DNA of 64,000 bases. It comes from an uncultured Alphaproteobacteria bacterium. GTDB taxonomy: Bacteria > Pseudomonadota > Alphaproteobacteria > Micavibrionales > UBA2020. This document shows, piece by piece, positions 56,634 to 64,000 of the stretch. The position numbers were made by a program, and so were the translations under genes. The notes under the pieces are model-generated. The model was not told where the DNA came from and ran no database searches. It was given only the letters and a program-made list of their open reading frames with translations. Position 1 is the first letter of the stretch. Every line of letters begins with the position of its first letter. Location: NCBI GenBank assembly GCA_966211335.1, contig CBIHNF010000001.1, positions 666,773-730,772 on the forward strand. The letters run 5' to 3'.

Positions 56634-58435
56634 AACTTTTCGGCAAGAAAAACGACGAAGCTCCCGAAGCCGTCACCGACGCGGAAACGACCGACATGGG
56701 CGAAGGTGCGCATGAAACGGGCGCGCAGGAAAACTTCGATGCCGGCCTCGATGAAATCGAAGGCGCGCAAGGTACCGAGCTTTCCGCCCCCAGCCGCAAA
56801 TTCGGCGGCGGTGGCGGGTCCAAGAAAAACCTCATGGTCCTTGGCGGCCTCGTGCTCGTCGCGGTGCTTGGCGCTGGCGGATATTTCTATATGAACAGCA
56901 TGTCGTCGGACACCCCGCCGCTGAACGTCGCGGCCGCAACGCCGCCGCAGCCGGAACCCGCGCCCGCAACCCCCGCCGCGGCTGTCCCGCCGCAACCTGC
57001 CCCGGCGCCCGCTGCCGATCCGCTGGCCCCCGCGCCTGCAACTCCGGCTATCGCAAACCCGCTTGGTGCACCGCCGGCCGATGAAGCGAATGCCCTGCCC
57101 GCTGCCACTGTGGCAACCGGTGCTGCCGCGCCAGCTCCGGGTACTGTTCCCGCCACCATGCCGGCCGCGACGCCGGAAGAAGGCGCGCCCGACATGCCGC
57201 CGAGTGCGCTGACAACGCCGGCTGGCCCGAACGGTGCCGCGCCTGCCACGGCCGCTGAACAGCAGTCCGCCCAGATGGAAGCCAAAAACGTTGCCGCCGG
57301 CGCCGCCCCGTCGGTGCCAGGCACAACACCTGAACAAACCGCCGCGCTGGCGGAGGCAAAAAACATCGCCGCCGGTGCCGCCCCGGCAACTGCGGGCGCG
57401 GATCTGCCGCTGCCGACCGATGCGAATGCGCCGAAAGTCCCGCTCGCCAATGGCACGCCTGCTGCGGCACCCGCTGCCGCCGGTACACCGGCGTCGGTGA
57501 ATGCAACCCTTGCCGCCGGTGCCAAAGCAGAACCTGCCGCCGAAGCTGCGCCCGCCTGGGCCACGCCCGGTGCCGCGCCCGCGCCCGGTACCGCCGCGCC
57601 TGCCGGCGCCAAGGCGACGACGCCGACCGATGCGGAACTCGCGATCGTCCAGAACGCCGCCGTCATCGACCAGCTGAGCCAGCCCGCGAAACCCGCGGCG
57701 GCAAAGCCCGCGACGGCCCCCACCGGCGCGCCCTTTGACCCCAATGCGCCCAAGCCGCAGGTCAGCGATTCCATGAAGACCGTGGAACAGCTGCTGGAAA
57801 CGCCCGCCATCATCCGCCCCGTGCCGAACGGTTATGTGACCGTCCGTAAGGAAAGCGATGCCGGCGATATCGACAGCCGCCTTTCCGCCGCGCGCACCGC
57901 GCTTGCCGAAAACCGCAACGCCGCCGCGCTGCAGCTGTTCGACGACCTGCACCAGACCTATCCCAAAGACAAGCGCATCATGATGGGTCGTGCCGTCTCG
58001 CTGCAGAAAATGGGCCAGACCGATGACGCGCTCGCCGCCTATGAAGACGTCCTTAACCGCGACCCCAAAAACGTGCAGGCACTCACCAACATGCTCGGCC
58101 TTTTGAAAGTGAAAGACCCGCAGCTGGCGCTTGAAAAACTGCAGCAGCTGCATGACGCCTATCCCTATCAGGCGGATATCACGGCGCAGCTGGGCGTTGC
58201 CTATGCCTCGACCGGCGCCTATCCCGAAGCCGCAAAATACCTTGATATGGCGGATTCCTTGAAACCCGGCAGCGCCTATGTCATGTACAACCGCGCCGTG
58301 CTCTACGATAAAATGGGCCGCTCGAAAGATGCTGGCTTCCTGTATCGCCAGATCATCCGCATGTCGGCCGATGGCACGCTTGACCAGCAGCTGCCGATCG
58401 ACATCATCCGCCGCCGCCTTTCCACCCTGCAATAA
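56630..58435 (+). CDS. bitopic TPR-repeat protein with about 330-aa Ala/Pro-rich tether
   Basis: Acidic N-terminus, TM (LMVLGGLVLVAVLGAGGYFY), a long A/P low-complexity stretch, and C-terminal TPR repeats (ALQLFDDLHQTYPKD...AYEDVLNRDPKN...). Confidence 0.75.
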   Translation: MKLFGKKNDEAPEAVTDAETTDMGEGAHETGAQENFDAGLDEIEGAQGTELSAPSRKFGGGGGSKKNLMVLGGLVLVAVLGAGGYFYMNSMSSDTPPLNVAAATPPQPEPAPATPAAAVPPQPAPAPAADPLAPAPATPAIANPLGAPPADEANALPAATVATGAAAPAPGTVPATMPAATPEEGAPDMPPSALTTPAGPNGAAPATAAEQQSAQMEAKNVAAGAAPSVPGTTPEQTAALAEAKNIAAGAAPATAGADLPLPTDANAPKVPLANGTPAAAPAAAGTPASVNATLAAGAKAEPAAEAAPAWATPGAAPAPGTAAPAGAKATTPTDAELAIVQNAAVIDQLSQPAKPAAAKPATAPTGAPFDPNAPKPQVSDSMKTVEQLLETPAIIRPVPNGYVTVRKESDAGDIDSRLSAARTALAENRNAAALQLFDDLHQTYPKDKRIMMGRAVSLQKMGQTDDALAAYEDVLNRDPKNVQALTNMLGLLKVKDPQLALEKLQQLHDAYPYQADITAQLGVAYASTGAYPEAAKYLDMADSLKPGSAYVMYNRAVLYDKMGRSKDAGFLYRQIIRMSADGTLDQQLPIDIIRRRLSTLQ

Positions 58436-58458
58436 AGGGCGGGCAGGGGAGGACAGCG

Positions 58459-59286
58459 ATGGCGGAGCCGAGCTTCAGCGAGCTGCTGTTTTCAACACCT
58501 GTGTTCCTGCCGCTGACAGTCTTTCTGGGCCTTGTGTTCGGCAGTTTCGCAACAGCGCTCTCCTACCGGCTGCCGCGGGATATTTCCATCGTCGCCAAGG
58601 CGCGCTCCAGCTGCCCTTCCTGCAATCATGATTTATCGGTGATTGACCTTGTGCCGGTTTTTTCGTGGCTGTTTTTGCGGGGCCGCTGCCGCTATTGCAA
58701 AGCATCCATCGGCCTGCGCTATCCGCTGATCGAGCTTGCGACGCTTATTCTGTGTCTGTTGTTCTACTGGCGCTTTGGCGCCACGCCCTTCACGCTGTTC
58801 GTGTTTCCGCTCGCGCCCATCATCACCAGCATTGTCGATATTGACCTGCACTATAAAATCATCCCCGACGGGTTGAACCTCTCCATCCTCGGGCTCGGTT
58901 TTGCGGCGCTGGCCGCTGCTGCCTACTTTAGCGGCATCAGGCCGGATGATTTTCTGGCGCTCGGCCTGCAGGCGGCAGGCGGCGCGGCTGTTTATGGCAT
59001 CGGCTCCATTTTGCTGCGGCAGGGCGTGATGATGGCGCTGAAAAAAGAGCCGCTGGGCTGGGGTGATGTGAAGTTTTTCGGCGCGGCCGGCTTCTGGCTG
59101 GGCCTTAATCCTGATTCTCTCGCCTATTTCATGTTCGTCTCGGGCGTTTCGGGCATCCTGCTCGCCCTTTTCTGGGCGAAAGTGAAAAAGGAGCGCGAAT
59201 TCCCCTTCGGCCCCAGCATTATTATCGCCTTTATCGTCATGCTGCTGTGGCAGGGACCCTGTTTCTGGCCGCTGGGGCAATCTTGA
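58459..59286 (+). CDS. pilD: prepilin peptidase (A24 family)
   Basis: CPSC...CRYC zinc motif, the catalytic Asp contexts GWGDVKF and FPFGPS, and multiple TM segments. Confidence 0.9.
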   Translation: MAEPSFSELLFSTPVFLPLTVFLGLVFGSFATALSYRLPRDISIVAKARSSCPSCNHDLSVIDLVPVFSWLFLRGRCRYCKASIGLRYPLIELATLILCLLFYWRFGATPFTLFVFPLAPIITSIVDIDLHYKIIPDGLNLSILGLGFAALAAAAYFSGIRPDDFLALGLQAAGGAAVYGIGSILLRQGVMMALKKEPLGWGDVKFFGAAGFWLGLNPDSLAYFMFVSGVSGILLALFWAKVKKEREFPFGPSIIIAFIVMLLWQGPCFWPLGQS

Positions 59287-59364
59287 AGCAGGTGCGAATT
59301 AAGCGCATATGGGAAACGATAATTTACCGTTTTTTCAGGGTATTTGCGCTATCGTAGACTGTGG

Positions 59365-59401
59365 CATCCGCCCGCCGGTTCTCGGCGGGTGATGGTTTTT
59401 G
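59365..59401 (+). terminator. rho-independent terminator candidate between pilD and pilT
   Basis: CATCCGCCCGCCG GTTCT CGGCGGGTGATG stem followed by GTTTTT. Confidence 0.5.
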
Positions 59402-59427
59402 GGTAAATTTTGAGGGGGCTAAAAGCC

Positions 59428-60618
59428 GTGGAAATCACTGAACTGCTGAAATTCATGCTCGACAACAAGGCGTCCGACTTGCACCTGGCCGCCAACAACC
59501 CCCCTATCGTCCGTATCGACGGCGACCTGCAGCGCATCAAGACCGATGTGCTGACCGGCGACATCATCCGCTCCATGCTCTTCTCCGTGATGACGGAGGA
59601 AATGCGCGCTATTTATGAGCGCGACATGGAGCACGACTTTGCTATCGCTCTCGGCACCGACGCCCGTTTCCGCGTCAACGCCTTCACCAACCGGCAGGGC
59701 TCTGCCGCCGTCTTCCGTACCATTCCGACCAAGATTCCGACGATGGAGCAGCTCGACCTGCCGCCTGTCATGCGCCGCCTCGCCGAGCTTGAAAAAGGCC
59801 TCGTCCTCGTCACGGGTCCTACCGGCTCGGGTAAATCGACGACGCTTGCCTCCATGATCAACCACATCAACGCCAACTTCCCCTATCACATCCTCACCGT
59901 TGAAGACCCGGTTGAATTTATGCACACCTCGAAGACGGCGCTGATGAACCACCGCGAGGTCGGCAACGATACCAAGTCATTCGCGCGCGCGCTAAAATCC
60001 GCCCTTCGTGAAGACCCGGACATCATCCTCGTCGGGGAGATGCGCGACCATGAAACGATTTCACTTGCGCTGACCGCCGCGGAGACCGGCCACTTGGTCT
60101 TCGGCACCCTGCACTCCAACACCGCATCCAAAACCATCGACCGTATCATCGACGTCTTCCCGGCGTCGGAGAAGGAGATGGTGCGCGCGATGTTGTCCTC
60201 TTCCATCCAGGGCATTATCTCGCAGGCGCTTTTGAAGCGCGCCGGCGGCGGCCGTGTCGCTGCGCATGAGATCATGGTCGGCACCAACGCTATCCGCAAC
60301 CTCATCCGCGAAAACCAACTGGCGCAGGTCTACTCCATGATCCAGACCGGTTCGCGCTACGGTATGCAGACGATGGAAGATTCCGTCAACGACCTCGTCC
60401 TTTCTGGCGCGATCACAGAAGAAACCGCGCATGAAGCCCTGAAGGACAGTGCCGAGGAAGGCGACGAGGTTGCCAAGCCGAAGACCGGCGGTGCGCCGCC
60501 GCCAGCGCAGGTCACCAAGAAATCCGCGCCGCTCATGGGCAAGGCCGCCGCCCCCGCGAAGCCTGCGGCGCCTGTACTTGAATCCGACGACAAGCCTGAA
60601 GGGGGATATTCCTTTTGA
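59428..60618 (+). CDS. pilT: twitching motility retraction ATPase PilT with C-terminal Ala/Pro/Lys-rich extension
   Basis: VEITELLKFMLDNKASDLHL N-terminus (GTG start with GAGGGGG RBS), Walker A GPTGSGKSTT, and the AIRNLIRE signature present verbatim. It carries about 50 extra C-terminal residues. Confidence 0.92.
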   Translation: MEITELLKFMLDNKASDLHLAANNPPIVRIDGDLQRIKTDVLTGDIIRSMLFSVMTEEMRAIYERDMEHDFAIALGTDARFRVNAFTNRQGSAAVFRTIPTKIPTMEQLDLPPVMRRLAELEKGLVLVTGPTGSGKSTTLASMINHINANFPYHILTVEDPVEFMHTSKTALMNHREVGNDTKSFARALKSALREDPDIILVGEMRDHETISLALTAAETGHLVFGTLHSNTASKTIDRIIDVFPASEKEMVRAMLSSSIQGIISQALLKRAGGGRVAAHEIMVGTNAIRNLIRENQLAQVYSMIQTGSRYGMQTMEDSVNDLVLSGAITEETAHEALKDSAEEGDEVAKPKTGGAPPPAQVTKKSAPLMGKAAAPAKPAAPVLESDDKPEGGYSF

Positions 60619-61736
60619 GTGGAGTCGCGATATACGCCTATCTCAACGAGATGATCCGGCAGATGGCATCCGACCTTTACATCACGGTCGGCGTGCCCCC
60701 CACCTTGCGCATCGACGGCAACCTCTCCCCGCTCGGCGACCAGCCGCTGCAGGAAGAAGACGTGCAGGCGATGCTGAACGAAGTTTTGACGTCCCGCCAG
60801 CGCCGCGAATTTGATTCCAACATGGAGCTCAACCTCGCTTTCGACATGGGCAAGGAAGGCCGCTTCCGCGTCAACGTGTTGCGCCAGCGCCAGCATACCG
60901 GCATGGTCATCCGCCGCATCACCAGCCAGATCCCGAGCTTCGACCAGCTGGGCCTGCCGAAAATTTTGGAGACGCTGGCGTGTGAAAAACGCGGGCTTAT
61001 CATGCTGTCGGGCGTCACGGCATCGGGGAAATCCACCTCGCTCGCCTCGATGATCGATTTCCGCAACCGGACCCTTGGCGGCCATATCATCACCATCGAA
61101 GACCCAATTGAATACTACCACGAGCATAAAAAAGGCGTCATTACGCAGCGCGAAGTCGGCATCGATACCAATTCGTACCAGATCGCTCTCAAGAACGCGC
61201 TGCGCCAGAAGCCCGACGTCATCCTCGTCGGCGAGGTGCGCGACCCCGAGGTCATGGAACAGACCATCACCGCCGCGGAAACTGGCCACCTCTGCCTTGC
61301 AACCATCCACACTAATAACGCGGCGCAGGCGATCGAGCGCATCACTAACTTCTTCCCGGAAGACCGCCAGACGCAAGTGCGCATCGCACTCTCGCTCAAC
61401 CTGCGCGCGATCATCGCGCAACGTCTCGTACGCTCGGTCACGGGCTCCATGGTCGTCGTCCTCGAAATTCTTTTGAACGAAGCGCTCATCAAAGACCTCA
61501 TCCTCAAAGGGGATACGGTCAAGATGAAAGAGGTTATGGCTAATAACAACCACTCGGGCATGGTCACCTTCGACCAGTCCATCCTCCGCCTTTATATGGA
61601 GGGCGTTATTTCCGAACAGACCGCCATCATGGAAGCCGACATTCCCGCGGATATGAAAATCAAAATCCAGATGGTCAAAATCGGCGATAAATCTAAGGGC
61701 ATGCCGAACATTGACACCTCCAAGCTGTCTCTGTAA
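60615..61736 (+). CDS. pilU: PilT-family ATPase, PilU-like
   Basis: ASDLYITVGVPPTLRIDG, and Walker A GVTASGKSTS. It lacks the AIRNLIRE motif, having LIKDLILKG instead. The TTG start overlaps the pilT stop. Confidence 0.85.
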   Translation: MSGVAIYAYLNEMIRQMASDLYITVGVPPTLRIDGNLSPLGDQPLQEEDVQAMLNEVLTSRQRREFDSNMELNLAFDMGKEGRFRVNVLRQRQHTGMVIRRITSQIPSFDQLGLPKILETLACEKRGLIMLSGVTASGKSTSLASMIDFRNRTLGGHIITIEDPIEYYHEHKKGVITQREVGIDTNSYQIALKNALRQKPDVILVGEVRDPEVMEQTITAAETGHLCLATIHTNNAAQAIERITNFFPEDRQTQVRIALSLNLRAIIAQRLVRSVTGSMVVVLEILLNEALIKDLILKGDTVKMKEVMANNNHSGMVTFDQSILRLYMEGVISEQTAIMEADIPADMKIKIQMVKIGDKSKGMPNIDTSKLSL

Positions 61737-61813
61737 TAATGTTTTGATTTCAAAACCATAAGGCGGTTTTGGGCGTTCAACACATTTTTTACTGAGAGTC
61801 GGGGCCTTTAATA

Positions 61814-63616
61814 ATGACTGTAGCTGGACGCTTTGGCCGCATCTGCGGCAAATCTTTAATGGTCATCACCTTCGCAGCAATGCTTTCGAGCTGCCAGTTG
61901 GCCAAGAACCAGATGCAGCTCGATCGCGCCGCAGAACTTGACCGCCAGCAATTCCGCGATGCTTTCGCGCCGATCCCGACTGTGCCCGACACGAGCCCCA
62001 AGCCTGATTTCCAGCCCGTCGTCGCGACGCCCGACGACCTGAAACTGCCGACGCCGCTCGTCACCGTTTCCGTCAACCAGACCGTTTCGCTCCGCGATTT
62101 GCTGTACCAGCTGGCGCAGCAGGCGGATGTGGATATCGAGATGGATCCGCAGATCCACGGCTCGCTTATTTTCACCGCGAAAGACCGCCCGTTTGACCAG
62201 GTCGTGCAGCGCATCTGCGACATGGCTGGTCTCCGCTACAAATACGACAACAACGTGTTGCGCGTCGAACTTGACCGCCCATATGTGAAAAGCTACAGCG
62301 TCGATTTCCTCAACGTCGAGCGCAAGGGCTCGACGACGTTGAATACGACATCGACCAGTTCCGGCACTTCGGTTTCCAACAAGAGCGAGCCCGACGTCTG
62401 GAAAGACCTCAACGACGGCATCGAACAAGTGCTGACCGCTTCCGACACCTACGCATCACTCGCCACGCTTGCCGATCCTGTCGCGCAAGTCGTGAATCCG
62501 CTGCCGGCCCCCGTCGTTTCTACCGACCCGAACGTGCCGCCGCCGCCGCCGCCGCTGCCCGGCTCTCCTCAAGTTGCGCCCATTCCCGCCAGCCAGGCGC
62601 CGACGATCAACATCCAGACACCTGCCGGCGAACCGCTGGTGCCGAGTCCGCCTGCGACCTTCTCTATCTCCAAACAGTCCGGCCTCGTCAACGTCTTTGC
62701 CTCTGAGCGTCAGCAAAAGCTTATCGGCAAATTCATCGCCGACTTCCGCCGCCGCATGCAAACGCAAGTCCTCATCGAGGCGAAAGTGCTGCAGGTTGAC
62801 CTCCGTGACGAATTCGCAACCGGTATCGACTGGTCAACGCTGAACCTCACGGGTGTGCTGCGCGTTGCGCAGTCGTTCCCCATTCCTGCCCTGTCGCCAT
62901 CAGCAACGGGTGCCTTTGGCCTGACGTTTACGCCGGGTAACGACTTCAACGCGGCAATCCAGGCGATCAGCCGCTTCGGCACGGTGCGCGCGCTGTCCTC
63001 CCCGCGCGTGACGGTGCTCAATAACCAGCAGGCCGTCGTCAATGTGACGAAGGATCATAAATACCTCGACTTCGACTTCACAGTGACACCCGCGACTTCC
63101 ACGACTTCGGCGACCTTCGCGCTCGACAGCAACGAGAAGAACGCGCCGGAAGGCGTGGTGCTGACCGTGGTGCCGACCGCCAACGTCGATACCGGCGAAG
63201 TGACCATGACCGTCCGCCCGACGATCCTGCGCGTGACCCGTTTCATCACCGACCCCACGATCAGTCTTGACCTTGCGCTGAACGGCATCGACCCCTCGAC
63301 CGTGACGGTTCCCGACAACCTGATCCCGCAGGTTGACGTGCAGGAAGTTGATTCTGTCCTGCGCATGCAGTCCGGCCAGATGATGGCGCTCGGCGGCCTG
63401 ATGCAGGATGCGAATACCACCGAACAGCAGGGGGTGCCGGTTCTGGGCGACGTACCCTACATTGGCGGTCTGTTCCGCAGCCACCAGGATAACATCGTGA
63501 AATCCGAGCTCGTTGTCTTTATCCGCGCCTCCGTCGTCGAGGGCTCCAACCTCGACGAAATGGATCGCAAGGCCTACGAGGTCTTCGGCAATGACCGTCA
63601 TCCGGGGCCGATGTAA
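61814..63616 (+). CDS. secretin (PilQ/MshL/GspD family), predicted lipoprotein
   Basis: Lipobox AAMLSSC, an N0-like domain, a Pro-rich linker, and a secretin C-domain (VRALSSPRVTVLNNQQA...GVPVLGDVPYIGGLFRS). Confidence 0.88.
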   Translation: MTVAGRFGRICGKSLMVITFAAMLSSCQLAKNQMQLDRAAELDRQQFRDAFAPIPTVPDTSPKPDFQPVVATPDDLKLPTPLVTVSVNQTVSLRDLLYQLAQQADVDIEMDPQIHGSLIFTAKDRPFDQVVQRICDMAGLRYKYDNNVLRVELDRPYVKSYSVDFLNVERKGSTTLNTTSTSSGTSVSNKSEPDVWKDLNDGIEQVLTASDTYASLATLADPVAQVVNPLPAPVVSTDPNVPPPPPPLPGSPQVAPIPASQAPTINIQTPAGEPLVPSPPATFSISKQSGLVNVFASERQQKLIGKFIADFRRRMQTQVLIEAKVLQVDLRDEFATGIDWSTLNLTGVLRVAQSFPIPALSPSATGAFGLTFTPGNDFNAAIQAISRFGTVRALSSPRVTVLNNQQAVVNVTKDHKYLDFDFTVTPATSTTSATFALDSNEKNAPEGVVLTVVPTANVDTGEVTMTVRPTILRVTRFITDPTISLDLALNGIDPSTVTVPDNLIPQVDVQEVDSVLRMQSGQMMALGGLMQDANTTEQQGVPVLGDVPYIGGLFRSHQDNIVKSELVVFIRASVVEGSNLDEMDRKAYEVFGNDRHPGPM

Positions 63617-63658
63617 CTCGGCCTTCGGCGCAGTCGTCATACGCTTAAGGAACTGCTG

Positions 63659-64000
63659 ATGATCTCACGACCGCTCGTTCAATACGTCGTCACCGCGGCC
63701 ATGCGCGACAAGCTGATTATGACCCTTCTGCTCATGATCGCCATGGGCGGGGCGGTGTCGGTCTTTCTCGGTGCCGCCACCATCACGGAAAAAGAAAGCT
63801 TCGCGCTGGTTTTTGGCGCCAGTGGTCTTCGCTTCCTCGGCGTTCTGGGTGTTGTCCTTTTCTGCAGTTTCTATATCCGCCGCAGTTTCGAGACGAAGGA
63901 AGTCGAATTCCTCCTCTCCCGGCCGCTGTCGCGCATGACGTTCCTCTACAGCCATGCCGCTGCCTTTGTCCTACTCGGCGTCGCGCTGGCCTTCATCGTC
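63659..64000 (+). CDS. ABC-2/NosY-like permease, 3' end cut by window edge
   Basis: ATG at 63659 with the frame open to nt 64000. It has TM helices and the ETKEVEFLLSRPLSR motif typical of ABC-2 permeases. It is not in the ORF track because no stop is reached. Confidence 0.5.
   Translation, partial: MISRPLVQYVVTAAMRDKLIMTLLLMIAMGGAVSVFLGAATITEKESFALVFGASGLRFLGVLGVVLFCSFYIRRSFETKEVEFLLSRPLSRMTFLYSHAAAFVLLGVALAFIV

Noticed and set aside
56900-57750. Repetitive GC-rich DNA, considered as a tandem repeat or CRISPR-like array
   Set aside because: It is in-frame Ala/Pro low-complexity coding sequence of the TPR protein, with no regular repeat-spacer periodicity.

Overview
High-GC bacterial chromosome segment, almost certainly alphaproteobacterial. 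The evidence is a circularly permuted two-piece tmRNA gene with an ANDN... tag, 5-aminolevulinate synthase, a Tim44-like protein, an alpha-type SspB, and the secB-fxsA-tim44-mltA and aroE-coaE-dnaQ neighbourhoods. About 60% of the window is housekeeping: pheST, Fdx/FNR, aroE, coaE, dnaQ, secB, mltA, hemA, ribF, lspA, miaA, degP, hflKC, mrp, thyA-folB-folA, ssrA and sspB. The main item is a contiguous 14.5 kb type IV filament gene cluster (about 49.5 kb to the right edge). It encodes a PilB/MshE-like ATPase, PilC, a PilM-PilN fusion (GspL/MshI-like), a PilO-like protein, a PilP-like protein, an embedded ABC ATPase, an Ala/Pro-tethered TPR protein, PilD, PilT, PilU, a lipoprotein secretin and an ABC-2 permease cut by the window edge. 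No pilin gene is visible in the window. Accessory content includes an RTX/T1SS substrate truncated at the left edge, two visibly low-GC insertions (18.9-21.0 kb; 25.1-26.6 kb, the latter bracketed by a 57-bp duplication of a gene 3' end), and a low-GC in-frame segment inside pheT. There is also a TIMP-like secreted protein, an ankyrin-repeat protein, an HExxH protein, a pair of lineage-specific paralogs and a small hairpin-pair repeat. No CRISPR array, rRNA, tRNA, transposase or integrase was recognised. Every homology call comes from reading the motifs by eye, not from a database search.
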